A stretch of 64,000 bases of DNA from assembly GCA_051252135.1 (NCBI GenBank), contig JBPOGH010000001.1:448001-512000 (forward strand), in the 5' to 3' direction. Origin of the DNA: Verrucomicrobiaceae bacterium. GTDB taxonomy: Bacteria; Verrucomicrobiota; Verrucomicrobiia; Verrucomicrobiales; Akkermansiaceae. The notes below the pieces were generated by a model. That model saw nothing but the letters and a program-made list of their open reading frames with translations, made no database searches and was not told the origin of the DNA. A program made the translations under genes and the position numbers. Below, piece by piece: positions 42,605 through 50,301 of the stretch; the first letter of the stretch is position 1, and each line of letters starts with the position of its first letter.

Positions 42605-43063
42605 ATGAAAAAATCACTTCTCGCTCTCTGCGCCCTCGGCCTCCTCGCACCAGCCACCATCTCCGCCCACTGCCAGGTCCCCTGCGGCATCTATGATGAC
42701 AACAATGTCCTTGGTAAAATGCACACCGACTACGTCACCATCGAAAAGGCCGTCGCTCAAATCACCGAGCTCACCGCCACTCCGGAGGCTGCCGCCGCCA
42801 ACGCCCATCAACTCGTCCGTTGGATCAACAACAAGGAATCCCACGCCCAATCCATCCAGGAGACTGTCCTCAACTACTTCCTCGCCCAACGCCTCAAGAC
42901 CGGCGAAGCCGACACCGACAAGGAAGCTTATCTCAATAAGCTCACCACCTGCCACAAAGTCATCGTCGCCGCCATGGCCTGCAAGCAGTCCACCGATCCA
43001 AAAGCCGTCCAAACTCTCCACAATGAGCTCCACACCTTCATGGACCTCTTCGGCGAAAAATAG
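42605..43063 (+). CDS. sodN: Nickel superoxide dismutase with signal peptide
   Basis: Ni-hook HCQVPCGIYD directly after a Sec-type signal peptide; QLVRWINNKESHA and YFLAQR motifs. Confidence 0.93.
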   Translation: MKKSLLALCALGLLAPATISAHCQVPCGIYDDNNVLGKMHTDYVTIEKAVAQITELTATPEAAAANAHQLVRWINNKESHAQSIQETVLNYFLAQRLKTGEADTDKEAYLNKLTTCHKVIVAAMACKQSTDPKAVQTLHNELHTFMDLFGEK

Positions 43064-43110
43064 ACCCTCCCAAATCTGCCGACGCGTCATTCTTTGCACG
43101 CGGTCCTTCC

Positions 43111-43139
43111 AAGGAGAGCCCAACAAGGCTCTCTTTTTT
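43111..43139 (+). terminator. Rho-independent terminator after sodN
   Basis: AAGGAGAGCC-CAACAA-GGCTCTCTTTTTT. Confidence 0.75.
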
Positions 43140-43164
43140 ATTCGCTCGTCACCCTGCCTCACAA

Positions 43165-43267
43165 TGAGCATTTTTATACTCATTATGTCTAAAATATCAA
43201 AATATGAGCAAGTTTACTCACATACCCTTAAAACATTCTTCTTTCTTTAAGAGCATTTTTGTGCTCA
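43165..43267. promoter_or_regulatory. Array of three inverted-repeat operators upstream of hipBA
   Basis: TGAGCA-N6-TACTCA (43165-43182), TGAGCA-N4-TACTCA (43205-43220) and AGAGCA-N6-TGCTCA (43250-43267) in an AT-rich tract. Confidence 0.7.
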
Positions 43268-43300
43268 AATAACCACAGAACCATCGTTTTGAGAACATTT

Positions 43301-43663
43301 ATGAGCATCCCCGACGACACCCTCCACAACGATTCCGCCTACGAATCCCTCATCGGCGAACGCCTCAAGCACTACCGCCTGGAGCTCAATATCAATCAGA
43401 CCGAACTCGCCGAGAAGGCCGGAATCGCACGCCGAACCATCACCTCCGTTGAGAACGGCCAGGGCTGCACCCTCAACACCCTGATCCGCCTCCTCAAAGC
43501 TCTTAACAAAATCGAACTCCTCCAACCCCTTCTCGATCCCCCACCACTCACTCCAGAACAAATCCGTCTCCGCGACAGCCTCCGCCAACCAACCCGAAAA
43601 AACGCCTCAAAACCCCGAAAGAAAGACGAGTCCAAACCCTGGGTCTGGGGAGACGAACAATAA
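43301..43663 (+). CDS. hipB: XRE-family HTH antitoxin (HipB-like)
   Basis: IGERLKHYRLELNINQTELAEKAGIARRTI...ENG HTH; C-terminal PWVWGDE; 6 nt upstream of hipA. Confidence 0.85.
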   Translation: MSIPDDTLHNDSAYESLIGERLKHYRLELNINQTELAEKAGIARRTITSVENGQGCTLNTLIRLLKALNKIELLQPLLDPPPLTPEQIRLRDSLRQPTRKNASKPRKKDESKPWVWGDEQ

Positions 43664-43669
43664 GCCGCC

Positions 43670-44965
43670 ATGACATCCGCCGCCGTCAAACTCTACGGAT
43701 CCACCATCGGAACCATCGCCTGGGACACCGATCAACAAGTCGGCGTCTTCCAATACGATCCCGGCTTCACCCGAAGCGGAATCCAGGTCGCACCCGTGCA
43801 AATGCCTCTCCGCGAAGCGCCCTACTCCTTCCCCCAACTCAATCCCGACACTTTTAAAGGCCTCCCCGGCATGCTCGCCGATGCCCTTCCCGACAAATTC
43901 GGAAATCTCCTCATCGACCAATGGCTCGCCCGTGAGAACCGCGAACCCGCCTCCTTCAACCCCGTCGAACGCCTCTGCTACCTCGGTAATCGCGCCATGG
44001 GAGCCCTCGAGTTCGAACCCACAACCCACCGCGTCGCTCCTGACCGACCTCTGGCAATCGATGCCCTCGTCAACCTGGCCAACGACATCCTAAGCCACCG
44101 CTCTTCCCTCGAAACCACTCTCATCGAAAACCACGAGGAGGACGCCCTCGCCGACATCCTTCGTGTCGGCACCTCCGCCGGGGGCGCTCGTGCCAAAGCC
44201 GTCATCGCCTGGCACCCTGTCAGCAATCAGATTCGATCCGGCCAAATCCCCCTCGAAGAAGGCTACGAACCCTGGCTCATCAAATTCGATGGGATCGAGG
44301 GCAACGCCGATAAGGAACTCAGCGATCCGCGCGGCTACGGCCGCATCGAATACGCCTACCACCTCATGGCCCGCGATGCCGGAATCGAAATGAGCGAGTG
44401 CCGCCTCCTCGAGGAATCAGGCCGCGCCCATTTCATGACCCGCCGTTTCGATCGCACCCCCTCCGGAGACAAGCTCCACCTTCAAACCCTCTGCGCCCTC
44501 GGCCATTACGATTTCAATCAGGCTGGTGGCTACAGCTACGAGCAAGCCTTCCAGATCGCCCGTCGAATCGGCCTCACCTACCCCGAACTCGAAGAACTCT
44601 ATCGCCGCGCCGTCTTCAACGTTCTTGCCCGCAATCAGGACGATCACACCAAAAACATCTCCTTCATGATGAACCGTAATGGTCAATGGGCCCTCGCTCC
44701 CGCCTACGATGTCACCTTTTCATACAACCCGAAAGGTCTCTGGACCGGGCAACACCAGATGACCTTCAACGCTAAGCGGGATGACTTCACTCTCGCCGAC
44801 CTCCTCGCCGTCGCCACCCGGGCGGACGTCAAACCTCGCCGCGCCAAGACCATCATCAACGATATCCGGTCAGCCATCGACCACTGGTCACGTCACGCCT
44901 ACACCGCCGGAATCGCCAGCGGCCTCAGTATCGGCATCGCCCGACAGTTCCGCACCATCCGATAA
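43670..44965 (+). CDS. hipA: HipA-family Ser/Thr kinase toxin
   Basis: HipA N-terminal subdomain; DALPD-x-FG, GTSAGGARAKA, RRFDR, NQDDHTKN and LAPAYD motifs. Confidence 0.94.
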   Translation: MTSAAVKLYGSTIGTIAWDTDQQVGVFQYDPGFTRSGIQVAPVQMPLREAPYSFPQLNPDTFKGLPGMLADALPDKFGNLLIDQWLARENREPASFNPVERLCYLGNRAMGALEFEPTTHRVAPDRPLAIDALVNLANDILSHRSSLETTLIENHEEDALADILRVGTSAGGARAKAVIAWHPVSNQIRSGQIPLEEGYEPWLIKFDGIEGNADKELSDPRGYGRIEYAYHLMARDAGIEMSECRLLEESGRAHFMTRRFDRTPSGDKLHLQTLCALGHYDFNQAGGYSYEQAFQIARRIGLTYPELEELYRRAVFNVLARNQDDHTKNISFMMNRNGQWALAPAYDVTFSYNPKGLWTGQHQMTFNAKRDDFTLADLLAVATRADVKPRRAKTIINDIRSAIDHWSRHAYTAGIASGLSIGIARQFRTIR

Positions 44966-44977
44966 AACAAGGACACG

Positions 44978-45007
44978 AAAAAACCTGTCCACCAATGGCA
45001 GACAGGT
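44978..45007 (-). terminator. Terminator after rpsR (convergent with hipA)
   Basis: ACCTGTC...GACAGGT stem preceded by an A-tract on the plus strand (U-tract on minus). Confidence 0.65.
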
Positions 45008-45042
45008 AAAAAATCGTTCGCAAGGAAGGAACGCTCTCCGGA

Positions 45043-45285
45043 TTACCGGATCAGGTTCACAGCACGGGATCTCTTGATCTCGCGGGTGATGGCACGGTGC
45101 ATCTTTGCAGACACTCCGGTCACCTTGCGGGGCAAAATACGACCGGTCTCGGTCGTGAACTTGGAAAGAATCTCGGGATTCTTGTAGCTGATCTTCTCAA
45201 ATGGAAGGTCAAGACGCTTGGTTGGGTGGGCCTTGTTGGCCTTACGGAAGTTGATCCGACGCTGGACGGTCTTTGGCTCAGACAT
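45043..45285 (-). CDS. rpsR: 30S ribosomal protein S18
   Basis: ISYKNPEIL-x-KF-x-TETGRILPRKVTG and IKRSR motifs. Confidence 0.95.
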   Translation of the reverse strand: MSEPKTVQRRINFRKANKAHPTKRLDLPFEKISYKNPEILSKFTTETGRILPRKVTGVSAKMHRAITREIKRSRAVNLIR

Positions 45286-45303
45286 AATAGGTAAAAGGAA
45301 AAG

Positions 45304-45477
45304 TTAGCGGAGTTCGCGGTGCAGAGTGCGACGGTTAAGGAATGGGTTAAACTTCACCTTCTCAAGACGACCTGGGGTATTCAGGCTCTTCTTGTTGCGG
45401 GTGCTGGTGTAACGTGACGGAGGTTTGCCTTCGGCGCGAGCCTCGGTGCACTCAAGGATAATAATGTCTCTAGGCAT
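45304..45477 (-). CDS. rpmG: 50S ribosomal protein L33
   Basis: [12 protein letters not shown]...Y-x-S-x-RNKK...LEK-x-KFNP...HRE; start at ATG 45477. Confidence 0.95.
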   Translation of the reverse strand: MPRDIIILECTEARAEGKPPSRYTSTRNKKSLNTPGRLEKVKFNPFLNRRTLHRELR

Positions 45478-45574
45478 GATCTTGCGAAATCGGGAGGCGG
45501 AAGCTATGAAAAATCGACGGGTGGTCAAGGGAAAACCCAGTAAAAGTCACAGAAGCAGGTAAAATAAAAAATCG

Positions 45575-45603
45575 TTGATTTCACAGCCTCCGGCGTCCAT
45601 CCT
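45575..45603 (+). promoter_or_regulatory. Sigma70-type promoter for the ncRNA/rho transcript
   Basis: AT-rich UP-like tract, TTGATT (45575-45580), 17 nt, CATCCT (45598-45603). Confidence 0.55.
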
Positions 45604-45609
45604 CCCGTC

Positions 45610-45812
45610 AGTTGAAGGTCATCAACGTAAATACGTTGTCACCGACTCTCTGTTTCCAGAGGTTCTCCAGCACCATGCCGGCAATTTGGTTCTCCTAAAT
45701 GTCAGGCCCTGAGCAGCTCCTCACATCAACACGCCGGACCGATTTCCGGAACCTTGGACTTCCCTGTCCTATGGCCACCCTGATCACCGGCAATGAGCTT
45801 CGCGCCTTCTCA
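45610..45812 (+). ncRNA. ssrS: Structured ~200-nt RNA upstream of rho, probably 6S RNA
   Basis: No ORF. Nested long-range pairings GAAGGT/GCCTTC, CGTTGTC/GGCAATG and GAGGTTC/GAACCTT with G-U pairs valid only on the plus strand; 3' CGGCA element as in 6S RNAs; upstream promoter. Confidence 0.55.
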
Positions 45813-45832
45813 CAGCTTTATTTATTGAACGT

Positions 45833-47212
45833 ATGACTCCTCCCGACTCCGACTACGCGGACTCCTCTTCACGCTCGAACAGCCATGGCGGCTCTTCAGA
45901 TGGCGACAATCGCCAGCGCAACAATCGCCGACGCAGCAACAGCAATAATAACAACAATCGTAATCGCCGACGCAAAGGCGGCGGCGGCGGTGGAAACAAC
46001 CAAAATCGGGGCCGCCAGGACGGCTACGGACCACGGGGCGGCAGACAGCCAAGAGAACAAAAGGAGCGCAAACCGCTCGAATTCACCAGTGAACCGTTCG
46101 CCGTCACCGGTCTCTTCGAAATGACTCCAAAAGGATTCGGCTTCATCCGCCGGGCCGATCAAAACTTCGAACAAAATACCAACGACGTCTTCATCCCGCC
46201 CGATGTCGCACGAAACTGCGGACTCCGCTCCGGTGTTTGGATCAAAGGTCTCGCCCGGGACTCCACCCGCGGCCCCCAGCTCGTCGAGGTCACCACCGTC
46301 AACGACCTCCCTGCCGACACCGCCAGAAAACTCCCCTTCTTCGAAGAACTCAAGGCCATCAACCCCAACAAACGCATCGTCTTCGAAACCGAGCCCGATC
46401 GCTACACCACCCGGGTTGTCGATATCATGGCCCCCATCGGTCGCGGACAACGCGGACTCATCGTCTCGCCCCCCCGCTCCGGTAAAACCACCCTCCTTCT
46501 TCACATGGCCCAGGCCGTGCAAGAACGGCACGAAGAGCACATTCACCTCATGATTCTCCTCGTCGACGAACGTCCCGAGGAAGTCACCGAGTTTCGTCGC
46601 CAACTCCCGGAGGCCGAAATCTACGCCAGCTCAAACGACGAATCACCGCGCAACCACTGCCGCCTCGCAGAGCTCTGCATCGAACGCGCCAAGCGACTCG
46701 TCGAAGCCGGCCAGCACGTCTTCATCGTGATGGATTCCATCACCCGACTCGCTCGTGCCTATAATAACAACATGAGCGGAGGCAAAGAAAGCCGTGGCCG
46801 TGGCTACCAATCTGGCGGAGTCGTCGCCGGAGCCCTCGAAATGCCACGTCGCCTTTTCGCCGCTGCCCGCAACACCCGTGAAGCAGGCTCCCTCACCATC
46901 GTCGCCACCGCCTTGATCCAAACAAACTCCAAGGCCGACGAAGCCATCTTCCAGGAATTCAAAGGCACCGGCAACATGGAGCTCATCCTCGATCGCAAGA
47001 TTGCCGAGCACTACGTTTACCCCGCTGTCGACATCTTCAAATCCGGCACCCGCCGTGAAGAACTCCTCCTCCCGGACATCACCCTTCACAAACTTTACAT
47101 GATCCGCCGTGGCCTCGCCGGACACAAACCCATCGAAGCCATGGAGCGCCTCCTCTTCTTCATGAAGAAGTTCCCCAGCAACGCCCAGATGCTGCTGGAG
47201 ATCAAAGGCTAG
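45833..47212 (+). CDS. rho: Transcription termination factor Rho with low-complexity N-terminal extension
   Basis: [56 protein letters not shown] and SGTRREELL motifs. Confidence 0.97.
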   Translation: MTPPDSDYADSSSRSNSHGGSSDGDNRQRNNRRRSNSNNNNNRNRRRKGGGGGGNNQNRGRQDGYGPRGGRQPREQKERKPLEFTSEPFAVTGLFEMTPKGFGFIRRADQNFEQNTNDVFIPPDVARNCGLRSGVWIKGLARDSTRGPQLVEVTTVNDLPADTARKLPFFEELKAINPNKRIVFETEPDRYTTRVVDIMAPIGRGQRGLIVSPPRSGKTTLLLHMAQAVQERHEEHIHLMILLVDERPEEVTEFRRQLPEAEIYASSNDESPRNHCRLAELCIERAKRLVEAGQHVFIVMDSITRLARAYNNNMSGGKESRGRGYQSGGVVAGALEMPRRLFAAARNTREAGSLTIVATALIQTNSKADEAIFQEFKGTGNMELILDRKIAEHYVYPAVDIFKSGTRREELLLPDITLHKLYMIRRGLAGHKPIEAMERLLFFMKKFPSNAQMLLEIKG

Positions 47213-47274
47213 CTCTCAGCTGAGGTCGTCGGCTTTAGCCGCACTTTCTACGCGATCAGGTGATACGGTCGGGC

Positions 47275-48432
47275 CTACCCGACCAACCCGCCCACCACAC
47301 CCGCGCCAATCACGAGCGCCCACACCGGAACAAGCTTCTTTCTCAAGATCAGAAAAAGCAGCACCACCGCGGCCGCGTCCCTCAATCCCCCGATCGCCCC
47401 CCCAGTCGCCATCTGAATCAGGGCGAGTCCCAGCACTCCCACCACCGCAGCATTCGCACCCTGCACCGCCTTCTGCGCCCAAGCCTTGGAGCGCAACCGC
47501 CCCCAGACACTCATCGTCCCCGCTAAAAGCAACATCCCGGGAAGGAAAACCGCCGCAATCGCCGCCCCCGCTCCCGCCCAGCTGCTTCCAAAAAATTGCG
47601 TATACCCGCCAAGGAAAGCGCCAAAGGTAAACACCGGACCCGGCACCGCTTGCGTCGCACCATAGCCACCGAGAAAAACCTCCTTATCCATATATCCGCC
47701 ACCCACCATCGTCTCTTGCAACATCGGCAGCACCACATGCCCCCCTCCAAACACCAACGCCCCCGCCTGATAAATCCCCGCCAAACCCTGCCAATCACCT
47801 TTCCCGCTCACCCCAACACTCCAGAAAAGCAGCACCAAAAACACCACCATCGCCAACAACCCGCCCAAGCCTCGCCTCTTTTCATCTCCGGCACCCGGCA
47901 GCTCACCCGCCTTTAAGAAAACCACCCCCGCGACTCCCGCCAACCCAATCACCACAATCGTCATCCACGCCTGCGCCGCAAACCAAAGAATCACCAACGC
48001 CACAAGAGCAATCATCCCCCTCTTCATCCCGGTCGCCAGCGAACTCCGCATTCCCAGCCAAGCCCCCGCCACCACCGCAATCGCCACCAACTTCATTCCG
48101 TGAATCACCCCGCCGGAAAGACTTTCCACTCCCATCGCCACAAACAACATCACCAGAGCCGATGGCAGCGTAAATCCCAACCACGCCATAAATCCTCCCA
48201 ACAGGCCCGCCCGCTCATAACCAATCGCCGCCCCCAGTTGGCTGCTTCCGGGCCCCGGAATAAATTGACTCAATGCCATCAACTCCCCAAATCGCTCCTC
48301 CGAAACCCATCCCCGTCGCATCACATACTCCTCCCGAAAGTACCCCACATGGGCCACCGGCCCCCCAAAGGAAGTGAGCCCCAAACGCAGCGCGACCATA
48401 AAACATTCTAGAGCTTCTTTCATCCCGCGCAT
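47275..48432 (-). CDS. chrA: Chromate efflux transporter
   Basis: LGLTSFGGPVAH, PGPGSSQ, GALVFGGGHVVLP and QAVPGP motifs; exact start uncertain. Confidence 0.92.
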   Translation of the reverse strand: MRGMKEALECFMVALRLGLTSFGGPVAHVGYFREEYVMRRGWVSEERFGELMALSQFIPGPGSSQLGAAIGYERAGLLGGFMAWLGFTLPSALVMLFVAMGVESLSGGVIHGMKLVAIAVVAGAWLGMRSSLATGMKRGMIALVALVILWFAAQAWMTIVVIGLAGVAGVVFLKAGELPGAGDEKRRGLGGLLAMVVFLVLLFWSVGVSGKGDWQGLAGIYQAGALVFGGGHVVLPMLQETMVGGGYMDKEVFLGGYGATQAVPGPVFTFGAFLGGYTQFFGSSWAGAGAAIAAVFLPGMLLLAGTMSVWGRLRSKAWAQKAVQGANAAVVGVLGLALIQMATGGAIGGLRDAAAVVLLFLILRKKLVPVWALVIGAGVVGGLVG

Positions 48433-48519
48433 AAAAAGCACGACAATCCGCCCCCGTCAATTCGTCACCCAATCAAATACAAACCTTGAGCAAAGCGCAT
48501 TCATCACCTAACCAACGGC

Positions 48520-49737
48520 ATGCGTTTCGATGAGTTAGGGCTTTCCGCCCCCGTACTTCAGGCCGTTTCCGAGTCTGGTTACGAAAACCCCACCCCTATT
48601 CAGGCACAAGCCATTCCACTGATTCTTGAGGGCAAAGACCTCATCGGAGCCTCCCAAACCGGAACCGGAAAAACGGCAGCCTTCGCTCTCCCATCCCTCT
48701 GTAATATCGAGGCCAACGGCAAAACCCAGATACTCGTCCTCGAACCCACCCGCGAACTTGCCCATCAGGTCGCCGAGCAATTCGAGCACTACGGCAAGCA
48801 CACCGGTTGCAAGGTCGCCCTCCTCTACGGTGGCGTCGGCTACGGAGAACAGGATGCCGCTCTTAAGGGCGGTGCCGAGATCATCGTCGCCACCCCGGGC
48901 CGCCTCATCGACCACTTCTTCCGCGCCACCGCACGCTTCAAGCACGTGAAAATCCTCATCCTCGATGAAGTCGACCGCATGCTCGACATGGGCTTCCTCC
49001 CCCAGGTTCGTAAGATCATCAATGTCTGCCCCTGGAACAACGAGGAACAGACCCGCCAGACTCTCTTCTTCTCGGCCACCATGCCCGCCGTCATCAAAGG
49101 CTTTGCCGATTGGTGCCTCACCGATCCCGAATCTGTCGAGATCGCCCGCGCCTCGGTTTCCGATAAAGTCTCCCACGCCTTCTACCCCGTCGCCATGACC
49201 CAGCGCGATGGACTCCTCCTCGGCCTTCTTGAAAAGACGGACTACCACTCCGTCATGATCTTCACCCGTACCCGCAAGGAAGCTGATTCCGTCACCGCCC
49301 TCCTCAATGAGGTCGAAGCCATTCGCGGAAAGGTCGTCGCCATGCACTCCGACATCCGCCAGGCCGACCGCATGAAAGCCCTCAAAGGCTTCAAGGAAGG
49401 ACAATACGAAATCCTCGTCGCCACTGACGTCGCCGCTCGCGGCATCGACATCTCGGGTGTCACCCACGTCATCAACTACCGCGTCCCCGAAAATGCCGAG
49501 GACTACGTTCACCGCATCGGCCGCACCGGCCGGGCTGAGGCCGAAGGCGACGCCTTCACCCTGCTCACCGCCGATGAACTCGAATACGCTGACTCCGTCG
49601 AGCGCTTCCTTAGCAAAAAGATCAAACGCGAAAAACTTCCGGACTTCGACTACCACTACACCGCACTCCTCGAGACCGAGCCGATCAAATCCTTCAAAAA
49701 GCCCAAGCGCGGCGGAGGAAAACGTCGCCGCCGCTAG
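48520..49737 (+). CDS. DEAD-box RNA helicase (RhlE-like)
   Basis: Q-motif PTPIQ, SQTGTGKT, PTRELA, TPGRL, DEVD, SAT, ARGID and HRIGRTGR motifs. Confidence 0.96.
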   Translation: MRFDELGLSAPVLQAVSESGYENPTPIQAQAIPLILEGKDLIGASQTGTGKTAAFALPSLCNIEANGKTQILVLEPTRELAHQVAEQFEHYGKHTGCKVALLYGGVGYGEQDAALKGGAEIIVATPGRLIDHFFRATARFKHVKILILDEVDRMLDMGFLPQVRKIINVCPWNNEEQTRQTLFFSATMPAVIKGFADWCLTDPESVEIARASVSDKVSHAFYPVAMTQRDGLLLGLLEKTDYHSVMIFTRTRKEADSVTALLNEVEAIRGKVVAMHSDIRQADRMKALKGFKEGQYEILVATDVAARGIDISGVTHVINYRVPENAEDYVHRIGRTGRAEAEGDAFTLLTADELEYADSVERFLSKKIKREKLPDFDYHYTALLETEPIKSFKKPKRGGGKRRRR

Positions 49738-49749
49738 GCACCTCGTTCC

Positions 49750-50253
49750 ATGCGCACCCTCGGCATCGATCCCGCAATCCGGAATACCGGCTACGCGATC
49801 CTTGAAGGTGATGCCAACAACGCCAAAGCCCTCGACTTCGGCGTCATCTCGATCCCGCCCCGCGTCCCGCAGTCCAAGGCCCTCGATGCCATCTGCACCC
49901 ACATCAAGCACCTCATTACCAAGTGGGAGCCTGATGAAGTCGCTGTCGAAGGCATCATCTACGTCCAGTCCCACAAGACCGCCATCACCATGGGAGCCGC
50001 CCGCGCCGCCACCCTCATCGCCGCCGCCGGATTTGGCCTCCCCATCTACGAGTACGCTCCGCGCAAAGTGAAACAAGCCGTCGTCGGTAAGGGCACTGCC
50101 GACAAATCCCAGGTCGCCTTCATGATCCGCGCCCTCCTCGGCCTCGCCGAAACCCCTCCCTCCGATGCCGCCGACGCCCTCGCCATCGCCCTCGCACACC
50201 TGCAAGCCTTCGACCCCCGCCGCGCCGCCGCCTTCGATCGCAAGCAGGTCTAA
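49750..50253 (+). CDS. ruvC: Crossover junction endodeoxyribonuclease RuvC
   Basis: LGIDP, AVE, EYAPRKVKQAVVG, ADKSQV and DAADALAIA motifs. Confidence 0.96.
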   Translation: MRTLGIDPAIRNTGYAILEGDANNAKALDFGVISIPPRVPQSKALDAICTHIKHLITKWEPDEVAVEGIIYVQSHKTAITMGAARAATLIAAAGFGLPIYEYAPRKVKQAVVGKGTADKSQVAFMIRALLGLAETPPSDAADALAIALAHLQAFDPRRAAAFDRKQV

Positions 50254-50301
50254 AATCCCCTCTTTTCCTCCCGATCCCACTTTGATAGCCTCCTCGCTCC
50301 C

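Noticed and set aside
43166..43193. dif/pdif-like site before hipBA (TTATGTCTAAA resembles a XerD arm)
   Set aside because: No XerC-like arm at 6-nt spacing and no partner site after hipA; better explained as operator/promoter DNA
45589..45738. Minus-strand ncRNA closed by TCCGGCGT/ACGCCGGA
   Set aside because: One arm lies inside the plus-strand promoter spacer, and G-U asymmetry favours the plus strand; not fully excluded without a covariance-model search
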